This document shows, piece after piece, positions 1 to 8,892 of a stretch of DNA of 64,000 nt; positions within the stretch are counted from its first letter, which is position 1, and each line of letters opens with the position of its first letter. The stretch is from Candidatus Nomurabacteria bacterium. GTDB lineage: Bacteria; Patescibacteriota; Minisyncoccia; Phycocordibacterales; UBA9973. A model generated the notes under the pieces. It made no database searches. It saw nothing but the letters and a program-made list of their open reading frames with translations, and was not told the origin of the DNA. The translations under genes were made by a program, and so were the position numbers. The DNA lies in contig CP064973.1 of assembly GCA_016699365.1 (NCBI GenBank), positions 195-64,194 of the forward strand, in the 5' to 3' direction.

Positions 1-51
1 TTGACTGGATTTTCTAAATTTTCTTGTAGGTTTACTAAGTTGATCATAAAT

Positions 52-258
52 TTATTTAAAGAGCTCCTCTACCTGAACCTTAAGAGCTTTTGCTAGATTA
101 GTAATAGTTGAAAGAGTCGGATTATTTTTTCCGTTTTCAATATTACTAATAAAAGATTTATCAACATTAAGAGTTTGAGCTAACTCTGTTTGAGTAATGT
201 TTTTCTTCGATCTAATCTTTTTGAGATTTTCTCCCAACTTTTTGGCGTCATCTTTCAT
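52..258 (-). CDS. XRE-family helix-turn-helix transcriptional regulator (68 aa)
   Basis: Six-frame ORF; HTH_3-like motif (ITQTELAQTLNVDKSFISNIENGK). Confidence 0.65.
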   Translation of the reverse strand: MKDDAKKLGENLKKIRSKKNITQTELAQTLNVDKSFISNIENGKNNPTLSTITNLAKALKVQVEELFK

Positions 259-300
259 AAAAAGAGTATAGCATAAATCGTTGTATTAAACTACAACAAA

Positions 301-330
301 AGCAAGTCATTTCTGACTTGCTTTTGTTTG
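301..330. terminator. Bidirectional rho-independent terminator hairpin (agcaagtca-ttc-tgacttgct followed by T-run)
   Basis: Perfect 9-bp inverted repeat followed by TTTTGTTT; lies between two minus-strand genes. Confidence 0.45.
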
Positions 331-373
331 CTAGTTTCGACCCTTGTCGAGTGCTCGAACTAGCTCTCTATTG

Positions 374-445
374 TGACCCTACCGGGAATCGAACCCCGAT
401 TTAAAGCTTGAAAAGCTTCCGTCCTAACCGTTAGACGATAGGGCC
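374..445 (-). tRNA. tRNA-Glu (anticodon TTC)
   Basis: Hand-folded cloverleaf on minus strand: acceptor GGCCCTA/TAGGGTC, anticodon loop TTTTCAA, T-loop TTCGATT; one G-G mismatch in T-stem. Confidence 0.75.
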
Positions 446-515
446 ATATACTTTTAAACCCTAAGTAAATAGGGTTTAAAATCACGGAGCGATTATAACA
501 TTTAAATCAATAAAA

Positions 516-1526
516 TCAAAGGTTTGGAGCTTCAACACTTGGGCTCTTCTTACCAAATATTATAGAATCCAAAGACCATACTCCTCCACCAAGGACAAAT
601 AGGATTGATAGAAGTCCAAAAAGTGTTATATGTGAATACACAGCTTCTTTGAAGAAGAAAAACGATAGGGACAAAACTCCAAATGCAATTATTGAAGAGA
701 GTCTAGTAAATAGACCTAAAATCAACATCAATCCTATAACAAATTCAACTATACCCGAACCAACAACCCAAAGACTTGGGTCAACTGGGATTACAGATGT
801 TAGATGAAAATTATTTACGACAAGTTCTGATAGATGTGGATTCAGTATCTTTTCGTACAAAGCTAAAAACATCATCGCTCCGCCGATCCCCAAACGCAAG
901 ATTGGTGAAGCTAGTGATCTTTTTATTTTGAGTGAATGTAGAATTTTGAAATTGAAAATATCATCAAACCCCGGACGCTCGTTGTGCAGAGCGAGGAATG
1001 CGATAGCTAGTACTAGAAAATCTAAATTACCAAGTAGATAGAAGTTTCCAGATAAACCAAATATATACAAACCAATTGTAAGTAGTGTGGTAGGTATCAA
1101 CAAGAAGCCTGCCATGAAGAAGAACCCTAATAGAATTTCAATAAAAGCAATACTGCCTGTGGCAATCTCTATAGGAGAAACTAGAACCTGAGCTGTCCCC
1201 GCTCCAATAAGAGCAATACCGAGTGAAAGTCGTATCGCCCAAGGCAAGAACTCGTCGTATGTCTTCAGTCTATCCACAACACGCCCTGCCCAAGATTTCA
1301 GAAAAATACTTTTACGATATATAAAAGCAATCAATACTACTGCAAGTATTATAGAAAGAGTTATATTTATAGTTGTCTGTGATGAGAGAGCTTTTAGAAC
1401 ATACAAAGCATCTTCTCCTGAATTGGCAATAAATTCTTCTTCTGTCAGCACATAACCTACATGGGCGGCGGCTTTGCTAAAAAAAACAAAAACACCCAAA
1501 AGAGAAACTAAAAATATTTTTTTCAT
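516..1526 (-). CDS. Polytopic integral membrane protein with N-terminal signal peptide (hypothetical)
   Basis: 336-aa ORF with many hydrophobic helices; no recognisable catalytic motif. Confidence 0.5.
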   Translation of the reverse strand: MKKIFLVSLLGVFVFFSKAAAHVGYVLTEEEFIANSGEDALYVLKALSSQTTINITLSIILAVVLIAFIYRKSIFLKSWAGRVVDRLKTYDEFLPWAIRLSLGIALIGAGTAQVLVSPIEIATGSIAFIEILLGFFFMAGFLLIPTTLLTIGLYIFGLSGNFYLLGNLDFLVLAIAFLALHNERPGFDDIFNFKILHSLKIKRSLASPILRLGIGGAMMFLALYEKILNPHLSELVVNNFHLTSVIPVDPSLWVVGSGIVEFVIGLMLILGLFTRLSSIIAFGVLSLSFFFFKEAVYSHITLFGLLSILFVLGGGVWSLDSIIFGKKSPSVEAPNL

Positions 1527-1579
1527 ATCTATATTTTAACACAAAAATTAAAACCGCTCACTTGAGCGGTTTTTTGTTT

Positions 1580-2161
1580 TTATATTTCTTTAAACACTTT
1601 ATATTCAAATGCCGGACCTTTTGGAGTGTACTCGACGACAAGCATGTCGCCGGAATTCTCCAGTTCTGCATATCCAGCATTCCACAGTTTTTGAGCTGTG
1701 GACAGATCCACATGATGGAGCATCTTGTGTGGTGTTCCACTTTCATGGACGAATACACACACTATCTCCTTCTCTTCAAAATACATAACCTTACTTAGTT
1801 CATCAACGAACGCAAGGTTGAAGGCTGGCCCATCTGAGTTATCAAATCTCCTCATGAGGCTTCTAGGAGCTTCCCCATTTGCTCCCATGTTTTGCATGCA
1901 TACACGCAGGGTTTCTCTTGAAGTTATACTCCCTGAATCTACAAATCCAGCAGATAAGTCTACTCCACAATCCTTCAAAGACTGGGTAAGTTTTTCTGAG
2001 AATTCCTTCATTGAGAACTTCACCCGAAGTTCACTGTGAATCTTGTCTGTAAGTTTGTAATCGGTCGTTACCTCAGCAAATGAAGCTGCTTTGATAAAGA
2101 TAAGCTTTTTTGTTTTTTTAGTGGTTTGTACTTCTCTTTCCATAAATAACTTTTTTATCAC
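1580..2161 (-). CDS. Hypothetical cytoplasmic protein (193 aa), locally GC-richer than flanks
   Basis: Long ORF with coding-like composition; no family recognised. Confidence 0.4.
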   Translation of the reverse strand: MIKKLFMEREVQTTKKTKKLIFIKAASFAEVTTDYKLTDKIHSELRVKFSMKEFSEKLTQSLKDCGVDLSAGFVDSGSITSRETLRVCMQNMGANGEAPRSLMRRFDNSDGPAFNLAFVDELSKVMYFEEKEIVCVFVHESGTPHKMLHHVDLSTAQKLWNAGYAELENSGDMLVVEYTPKGPAFEYKVFKEI

Positions 2162-2254
2162 TATACCACATATAGTTTTTTATTCAAGCGAAGGATTCGT
2201 ATTGAATTGAACCTAAATATATAGTAAGTTATAGCTACACAACCAATTATATTT

Positions 2255-2327
2255 GCGCGGTTAGCTCAGTTGGTAGAGCGACCCCTTGACGTGGGGTAGG
2301 TCAGAGGTTCGAATCCTCTATCGCGCA
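2255..2327 (+). tRNA. tRNA-Val (anticodon GAC)
   Basis: Canonical cloverleaf: GCGCGGT acceptor, D-loop AGTTGGTA, anticodon loop TTGACGT, T-loop TTCGAAT, discriminator A. Confidence 0.9.
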
Positions 2328-2340
2328 CAAAATTTCCGAA

Positions 2341-2499
2341 GGAATATTTTTGCAAGATAAGTGAGCAAACTGCTTTGCTCACGTGAGGATTCAAACAGCG
2401 GAGCTATATTTTTCTAGCAAGAAAAATAAGCGAGCTGGTGCCCAGACAAAACTTTTTGACGAAAAAGTTTTAGTCGAGGGAGAATCCTCTATCGCGCAC
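2341..2499 (+). repeat. tRNA-linked structured element, copy A, ending with a 19-bp direct repeat of the tRNA-Val 3' end (gaatcctctatcgcgcaca, 2481-2499)
   Basis: Three hairpins: gtgagcaaa-CTGC-tttgctcac; tatttttct-AGCA-agaaaaata; aaaacttttt-GACG-aaaaagtttt. Followed by a degenerate T-arm plus acceptor copy. Confidence 0.6.
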
Positions 2500-2634
2500 A
2501 GCGTAAAGAAAAATCTGCATTTCTGCAGATTTTTTAGCTGTGCGAGCCGGAGTCATATTTTTTCAGCAGAAAAAATAGACGAGACAGGGTCGTGAAAATT
2601 TTGTTTTGACGAAAACAAAATTATTCCTGACCCC
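2500..2634 (+). repeat. tRNA-linked structured element, copy B (tandem with copy A)
   Basis: Hairpins aaaaatctgca-TTTC-tgcagatttt; tattttttc-AGCA-gaaaaaata; aaattttgtttt-GACG-aaaacaaaatt. Conserved linkers cagggtcgtgaaaatttt and aaaattattcctgacc are shared with the tRNA-Cys copy. Confidence 0.6.
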
Positions 2635-2640
2635 AAAATT

Positions 2641-2668
2641 AAAACTCGCTATATAGCGAGTTTTTTTA
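2641..2668. terminator. Bidirectional terminator hairpin (actcgctatatagcgagt flanked by A/T runs)
   Basis: Palindrome followed by TTTTTTT on + strand and TTTT on - strand; abuts gmk stop. Confidence 0.55.
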
Positions 2669-3274
2669 TTTCATGAATTCACCTACTTTCAAACAAGCTT
2701 CGTGAATTGCATTTTCGAGATTGTCATTTAAAATCACGACATCAAATTCATTTGAAAAAGACAACTCTTCTTCTGCCTTTGCAAGACGCGTGAGTATTTC
2801 TTTTTCTGTTTCAGTATTTCTAAAACGAATTCTATCTTCCAATATTTTCATCTCAGGAGAAGGTGGTCTTACGAACAAGGTCAGTACATTTTTACCCAAT
2901 TCTCTTTTTACCTTTAAAGCACCTTTTACATCAATATCAAGCAATGCTACTCCCCCGAGCCCAGATATCCGAGCAAGTTCATTTTTTGAAGTACCATAAT
3001 ACCTGTCCTGGTAGACCTCTTCCCATTCAAAAAATTCATCGTTTTTTATCATTTCTCTGAATTCTTCGGGTGAAATAAAAAAATACTCGCGCCCGTCAAT
3101 TTCTTGGCCACGAATATTTCTAGTTGTAGAAGACACAGAAAAAATTAAATTAGGGAAAGCTGTTCGCAGGGCTTTGGCAATAGTTGTCTTACCCGCCCCA
3201 GACGGTGCAGTGATTACGACTGCTTTATTTTCTTTCATTCTGAAATATGTTTGTTCCATATTGTACTTTAACAC
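2666..3274 (-). CDS. gmk: Guanylate kinase
   Basis: P-loop SGAGKTT, STTR motif, and typical guanylate kinase length and signature residues. Confidence 0.88.
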   Translation of the reverse strand: MLKYNMEQTYFRMKENKAVVITAPSGAGKTTIAKALRTAFPNLIFSVSSTTRNIRGQEIDGREYFFISPEEFREMIKNDEFFEWEEVYQDRYYGTSKNELARISGLGGVALLDIDVKGALKVKRELGKNVLTLFVRPPSPEMKILEDRIRFRNTETEKEILTRLAKAEEELSFSNEFDVVILNDNLENAIHEACLKVGEFMK

Positions 3275-3332
3275 AAATCCAGAAATAGTAAATGTATACT
3301 AAAATAAAAAAAATCCCCTAAGGGATTTTTGT

Positions 3333-4004
3333 TTATAACAATTTAAGTAAAATCTCTTCCGAAATTTCCTCGACGGTTTTCTCTCCATCTATTTTATGGA
3401 CACATACGCCAATTTCTTCTAAAAACAAAACAGCATCTCTCACATGCTCATGATAAAAAGAAAGTTTTCTTTTACGAGATTCTGGAGTTGCAGAGTCTTT
3501 CCTTGGAACCTTACCCTCTGACAGCAACTCTAGATTTCTGCGAACCATTCTCTCTTCTGCAACTTCATCACTAACTTTGATGTGAAATACTGTCATCTCT
3601 CTCCCAATACAATCTGTGTACATGCTAAACATAGACCTAGCCTCCTCTTCACTTCTCGGCGATCCATCAATCAGTATATGCCCCTTGCCTTGCCATTGCT
3701 CTAAAACTGCACCTGTCCATTGAGTAATTCCAAAGGCTGGAGATTGTAACCCTCCTGTGTCGTTTATATCAGCAAGTTTTTGACGCATATAATCAGAGTA
3801 CTTTGGAATATTTTGCCTAAAGAGACCTCCAGTTTCCAAATAAAGTTTTTGAAAATCCTCTGGGCTGTATTTCTGAAACATTTCAAGAAGAATTTTCGCT
3901 TGAGTTTCCTTTCCACAAGCTGACTGACCGATAAGTACTATGGTCCGCTCGGTTGAAAATATTTTTCTAAGTGTTTCTGTGTCCTGTATTTTTACTGCTT
4001 CCAT
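3333..4004 (-). CDS. Adenylate kinase-family nucleoside monophosphate kinase
   Basis: GQSACGKETQ resembles the Adk P-loop GxPGxGKGTQ; ILIDGSPRS resembles the DGFPR motif. Confidence 0.6.
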   Translation of the reverse strand: MEAVKIQDTETLRKIFSTERTIVLIGQSACGKETQAKILLEMFQKYSPEDFQKLYLETGGLFRQNIPKYSDYMRQKLADINDTGGLQSPAFGITQWTGAVLEQWQGKGHILIDGSPRSEEEARSMFSMYTDCIGREMTVFHIKVSDEVAEERMVRRNLELLSEGKVPRKDSATPESRKRKLSFYHEHVRDAVLFLEEIGVCVHKIDGEKTVEEISEEILLKLL

Positions 4005-4095
4005 ATGAACTAGTTTTTCTAGATTCTACGTATAAAATGACCAAAGTCAACAACAGATTCTCAATTTGACAATATTCTGCTAGTATCATATTTGT

Positions 4096-5271
4096 ATGAA
4101 AATATTATCAATCGAAACATCTTGCGACGAGACTGCTATATCTATAGTAGATGTAAAACCAGGGAAAAATCCAATATTCAAGATACTGGGTAACGAAGTC
4201 GCCTCACAAATAGCTCTACACGCACAATATGGCGGTGTTTTCCCTATGATGGCAAAACGTGAACATGCAAAAAATTTCACCCCCTTGCTACTACAGGTTC
4301 TAAAAGAATCAAAACTTCTAAAAAAACGAACTAATAAAAAATCTATAAATACAAAGAAACTCGCAAAAGTAGAAAAACTTCTGGAACGAGAAGGCGAAAT
4401 GTTTGGTGAAATAAAAGATTTCTATGAAAAATATTCTAATCCTAAAATAGATGCAGTTGCTGTAACTGTCGGACCTGGACTAGAGCCAACACTTTGGGTG
4501 GGAATATCTGCCGCAAAAGCTTTAGTTGAACTATGGGATCTTCCAATCGTACCCGTAAACCACATGGAGGGACACATACTTTCAGTTTTTCCAAAAGAAA
4601 AAGGTAAAAAATTTAAAATCGATAATATAAAATTGCCCGCCCTGTCCCTACTTGTTTCAGGAGGACATACTGAAATCGTACTCATAAAAGATATTGGTAA
4701 ATATAAAATTCTCGGTGCGACAAGAGACGACGCCGCAGGTGAAGCTTTCGACAAAGTAGCACGTATGCTCGACCTACCATATCCAGGAGGACCGGAAATC
4801 TCAAGACTTGCGAAACTAGCAAGAGGTAAGAGTGCAAACACTTTGGTATTTCCTAGGCCGATGAAAGGAACACCCGATTTTAATTTTTCATTTTCGGGAC
4901 TAAAAACTGCAGTGCTATACAAAATACGCGATATAGGCAAACTAGATCAGCTCACAAAAGAAGAAATCGCTCTAGCTTTTGAAGACGCAGTAATAGATGT
5001 ACTCACTCATAAAACTATAAAGGCAATAGAAAAATATAAAATCAAAACTCTCATAGTCGGAGGAGGTGTTGCAGCAAATATTAGACTTCGAGAAGTTTTA
5101 AAAGAAAAAGTGGGTGAAGTAGATAAAAAAATTGATGTACACTTCCCTACACGAGAACTATCGACAGACAACTCCCTCATGATTGCAATCGCAGGATATA
5201 TAACTTTCAATAAAAAGAAAAAAGGAGTAAATCCTAAAAGCATCAAGGCGAACGGGATACTGAAGCTCTAA
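4096..5271 (+). CDS. tsaD: tRNA N6-adenosine threonylcarbamoyltransferase TsaD (Kae1/YgjD family) with a Lys-rich insertion
   Basis: MKILSIETSCDETAISIV start, VNHMEGH and SGGHTEI metal-binding motifs, RDDAAGEAFDKVAR motif. Confidence 0.85.
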   Translation: MKILSIETSCDETAISIVDVKPGKNPIFKILGNEVASQIALHAQYGGVFPMMAKREHAKNFTPLLLQVLKESKLLKKRTNKKSINTKKLAKVEKLLEREGEMFGEIKDFYEKYSNPKIDAVAVTVGPGLEPTLWVGISAAKALVELWDLPIVPVNHMEGHILSVFPKEKGKKFKIDNIKLPALSLLVSGGHTEIVLIKDIGKYKILGATRDDAAGEAFDKVARMLDLPYPGGPEISRLAKLARGKSANTLVFPRPMKGTPDFNFSFSGLKTAVLYKIRDIGKLDQLTKEEIALAFEDAVIDVLTHKTIKAIEKYKIKTLIVGGGVAANIRLREVLKEKVGEVDKKIDVHFPTRELSTDNSLMIAIAGYITFNKKKKGVNPKSIKANGILKL

Positions 5272-5309
5272 ATCTTCTCAAAAACGCTCCAAAATGCTAT
5301 ATTTTACAA

Positions 5310-7550
5310 ATGAATCCTGAAAATAACATCCCCGAAAAACTACTAAAACCCTACGAACACAAAGAGACAGAATCTCGAATATATAAAGCTTGGGAAGAGA
5401 GTGGTTTTTTCAATCCAGACAAAATGATTGAAACTGGACTCACCTCTCCCGATGCAAAACCTTTCACAATAGTTATGCCTCCACCAAACGTTACTGGAGT
5501 ACTACACATGGGTCACGGACTCATGCTTACAGTTCAGGATATTATGATCCGCTACAAAAGAATGAACGGATTTAGAACTCTCTGGATTCCTGGAACTGAC
5601 CACGCAGCTATTGCAACACAATCAAAAGTAGAAAAAGAAATTCAAAAAAAAGAAGGTCTTTCTCGCCACGATCTAGGGCGTGATGAACTACTCCGAAGAG
5701 TAAATGAATTTGCTCAAGATTCTCACGACACTATAGTTTCCCAAGTTAGAAAAATGGGTTCCTCTTGTGACTGGTCACGAGAAGCTTTTACTCTTGATTC
5801 AACTCGAAACAAGGCGGTAAACACTGTTTTCAAAATGATGTATGATGACGGACTCATATATCGTGGACACAGAATAGTAAACTGGGATCCAAAAGGACAG
5901 ACAACTATTGCTGATGATGAAATAGTTTATGAGGAACGTAAAGGAAAACTTTATACTTTCAAATATTCTCCTGACTTCCCTATTGCAATATCTACAACTC
6001 GCCCAGAAACAAAAGTTGGAGACGTTGCCGTTGCTGTACATCCAAGTGATGAACGATACAAAGAATATGTTGGAAAAACTTTCGAGAACATAGAATTTTG
6101 TGGTGCAAAAATAAATATAAAAGTTATTGCAGACGAATCTGTAGAAAAAGATTTTGGAACTGGAGCGCTCGGAGTAACCCCTGCTCACTCTATGATCGAC
6201 TGGGAAATAGCCGACCGCCACGACCTACCTCGCCCACAAGTTATAAACGAATACGCAAAAATGGTAACAGAAAGCGAACTTCTAAATGGAAAGAAAGTTG
6301 CCGAAGCGCGCGAAATTGTTGTGTCTTGGCTACGCGAAAACAATCTTTTAGAAAAAGAAGAAGATGTAAACCAAAATATCGGAACAGCAGAGCGAACTGG
6401 TGGAGTAGTAGAACCACTTCCAAAACTTCAATGGTTTATAAACGTAAATAAACCAATCCCTGCGCGAGAAAATAAAACACTAAAAGAGATTATGCGTGAA
6501 GCAGTCGCAGGCGGTGGTGTAAAAATAATCCCAGAGTATTTCGACAAGACATATTTCAACTGGATCGACAATCTACGCGACTGGTGCATATCGAGACAAA
6601 TCTGGTACGGACACAGAGTGCCTGTTTGGTACCCTGTTGGTTCTGATTTAGCAGAGAGTTTGCAAAATAGTAAAAGTATCACACATCCAACATTTATTGT
6701 TTCTTCTGAAAATCCTGGAAAAACTGATGGTACAGAAAATAAATGGGTACAAGATCCCGACACTCTCGACACATGGTTCTCTTCTGGTATGTGGACTTTC
6801 TCAACTCTCGGATGGCCTGAAAAAACAAAAGATCTAGAAATTTATCATCCGACAGATGTTCTAGAGACTGGATATGAAATCCTATTCTTCTGGGTTGCTC
6901 GTATGATCATGATGACAGGATATACACTCAACACTATTCCATTCCACACAGTTTACCTAAACGGAACTGTTCGTGACGGACAAGGACGCAAGATGAGTAA
7001 GTCTCTTGGAAATGGAATAGATCCAGTAGAAGTTGCTGATAAATTTGGTGCAGATGCTGGTCGTATGGCTCTCATATTCGGATCAGCTCCAGGTATAGAC
7101 TCACGTATAAGCGACGACAAAATCAAAGGTCAAAGAAACTTCGCAAACAAAGTGTGGAATATTGCTAGATTTGTTCTATCTAATACAAATACCGAAGACA
7201 TAAGTGAAGTACTAAATGACCAAGATAAAAAAATAAGAGAAGAATTCGATATCCTGGTTACAGAGATCTCAAAAGAGATGGATGACCACCTGTATCATGT
7301 TAGCGCTGAAAAAATATATGGATATGTATGGAATACATTTGCTAGTACTCTAATCGAAGAGAGTAAAACAATATTGTCTGGAGATGACGAACAAGCAAAA
7401 AAATCTCGCAAAGTCCTACTTCGTTTAATTTTTACTGATATACTAAAAATACTACATCCATTTATGCCATATGTAACAGAGGAAATCTGGAACCTAATTG
7501 GAGATAGTAAAAACATGTTAATGGTAGAAAAGTGGCCAAGTAAAAAATAA
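5310..7550 (+). CDS. valS: Valine--tRNA ligase (short form lacking the C-terminal coiled coil)
   Basis: PPPNVTGVLHMGHG (HIGH motif), KMSKSLGN (KMSKS motif), editing and anticodon-binding regions. Confidence 0.9.
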   Translation: MNPENNIPEKLLKPYEHKETESRIYKAWEESGFFNPDKMIETGLTSPDAKPFTIVMPPPNVTGVLHMGHGLMLTVQDIMIRYKRMNGFRTLWIPGTDHAAIATQSKVEKEIQKKEGLSRHDLGRDELLRRVNEFAQDSHDTIVSQVRKMGSSCDWSREAFTLDSTRNKAVNTVFKMMYDDGLIYRGHRIVNWDPKGQTTIADDEIVYEERKGKLYTFKYSPDFPIAISTTRPETKVGDVAVAVHPSDERYKEYVGKTFENIEFCGAKINIKVIADESVEKDFGTGALGVTPAHSMIDWEIADRHDLPRPQVINEYAKMVTESELLNGKKVAEAREIVVSWLRENNLLEKEEDVNQNIGTAERTGGVVEPLPKLQWFINVNKPIPARENKTLKEIMREAVAGGGVKIIPEYFDKTYFNWIDNLRDWCISRQIWYGHRVPVWYPVGSDLAESLQNSKSITHPTFIVSSENPGKTDGTENKWVQDPDTLDTWFSSGMWTFSTLGWPEKTKDLEIYHPTDVLETGYEILFFWVARMIMMTGYTLNTIPFHTVYLNGTVRDGQGRKMSKSLGNGIDPVEVADKFGADAGRMALIFGSAPGIDSRISDDKIKGQRNFANKVWNIARFVLSNTNTEDISEVLNDQDKKIREEFDILVTEISKEMDDHLYHVSAEKIYGYVWNTFASTLIEESKTILSGDDEQAKKSRKVLLRLIFTDILKILHPFMPYVTEEIWNLIGDSKNMLMVEKWPSKK

Positions 7551-7555
7551 AAATA

Positions 7556-8332
7556 ATGCAAAGTATTACAAATATAGCTACACAAATAAACACAGACCCC
7601 AATACACTTTTACTGTCTTTATTTTTTGGAATCATACCGTCTTTTCTGTGGTTGTTGTTCTGGCTCCGAGAAGACAAAGAAGATCCAGAGCCACGAGGGC
7701 TCATATTCCTAACTTTTCTATCAGGAATGTTAGCTGTGATACTGGTACTTCCTATTCAAAGATTCATAAACAATATTTTTTATGATGAAAATACTCTTCT
7801 CATATTATGGGTAGCTAGTGAGGAGTTTCTTAAGCTAGTTGCGGTTTTTGCTGTAGCTATATCTGTTAGACACATAAAAAAGCCTGTTGGCTTCCCTATA
7901 TATTTTATGGCTGGAGGACTTGGTTTTGCAGCTCTAGAAAATGCACTTTTCTTGGCATACCCAATTGGAATAAACGACCCAACTGTTGGATTACTAACTG
8001 GAAACTTACGATTCCTAGGAGCAACACTTTTGCATTCTGTTGCTAGTGGAATGATGGGCTTGATGCTTGGACTTGCCTTCTTTCAAAATAAATTTATAAA
8101 AATAATTGCATTACTTTTTGGACTTTTCATTGCAATAGCCTTGCATACAGCGTTTAACTTTTTTATAATGAAGTCTGCAGGGGGCGAAGTACTCAAGGTG
8201 TTTGGTTTTCTGTGGGTGGTAACTATTATTAGTATGCTTGTGTTTGAAAAATTGCGACGTATGAGTGAATCATTGTATATGAAAAATGTAGTAATACATG
8301 GACCAGTCAATGAACTACTACTTCGACGCTAG
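7556..8332 (+). CDS. PrsW-family intramembrane metalloprotease
   Basis: Polytopic membrane protein with EEFLK, FAALENALF and HTAFNF motifs characteristic of PrsW/CPBP-like proteases. Confidence 0.6.
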   Translation: MQSITNIATQINTDPNTLLLSLFFGIIPSFLWLLFWLREDKEDPEPRGLIFLTFLSGMLAVILVLPIQRFINNIFYDENTLLILWVASEEFLKLVAVFAVAISVRHIKKPVGFPIYFMAGGLGFAALENALFLAYPIGINDPTVGLLTGNLRFLGATLLHSVASGMMGLMLGLAFFQNKFIKIIALLFGLFIAIALHTAFNFFIMKSAGGEVLKVFGFLWVVTIISMLVFEKLRRMSESLYMKNVVIHGPVNELLLRR

Positions 8333-8341
8333 AAAAAAATT

Positions 8342-8833
8342 ATGTTTAAAAAGAAATCATTCTTTGAGAGACTCACAGGAGGTATAAGACTCGACGAAAA
8401 CGAGTCTCCTGAATACGACGCACCAGAAGACGATAGAAATGTAAATCTAACCCAAAAGGTCGACAAGAGCAAAGAGACTGCTTGGATAGAAGAGGAAAAT
8501 GAAGAGGCTCAGCTAACTGTTGATGTATACCAAACTCAAACAGAAATAATAGTTCAGACTATGGTTGCCGGTGTGCGCCCAGAAGATCTCCAGATCAATA
8601 TCACTCGCGATATGATCACCATCAAGGGCAAGCGTGAAGAAAACAAGATGATCGCCCCAGAAAACTATTTTACAAAAGAACTGTATTGGGGAGCTTTCTC
8701 TAGAACAATACTTCTTCCACAAGAAATTGAACCTGAAGAATCTGAGGCTATAGAGCGCCACGGACTACTTATGATAAGACTACCAAAGATTGATAAAGGC
8801 AGACAGACATCACTCAAGGTTAAATCGATATAA
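8342..8833 (+). CDS. Hsp20/alpha-crystallin family small heat-shock protein
   Basis: Alpha-crystallin domain pattern (LTVDVYQT...PGV..EDL.I......L.I.G.R...GAFSR...LP..I.....A....GLL.I.LPK). Confidence 0.8.
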   Translation: MFKKKSFFERLTGGIRLDENESPEYDAPEDDRNVNLTQKVDKSKETAWIEEENEEAQLTVDVYQTQTEIIVQTMVAGVRPEDLQINITRDMITIKGKREENKMIAPENYFTKELYWGAFSRTILLPQEIEPEESEAIERHGLLMIRLPKIDKGRQTSLKVKSI

Positions 8834-8840
8834 TAAATAA

Positions 8841-8868
8841 AAACACCCTGCAAGGGTGTTTTTATTTT
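8841..8868 (+). terminator. Rho-independent terminator after the hsp20-like gene
   Basis: acaccctgcaagggtgt hairpin followed by TTTTATTTT. Confidence 0.6.
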
Positions 8869-8892
8869 GGTAGAAAATTTGGGGTAAATTTA

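Noticed and set aside
1562-2039. Plus-strand ORFs 1562-1798 and 1725-2039
   Set aside because: They are antisense to the longer 1580-2161 minus ORF and have Cys/Ser-rich, non-protein-like composition.
5799-6772. Several antisense or alternative-frame ORFs inside valS (5799-6221, 6098-6451, 6241-6423, 6428-6772)
   Set aside because: They overlap the strongly supported valS reading frame and their translations are low-complexity or Arg/Ser-rich; spurious.
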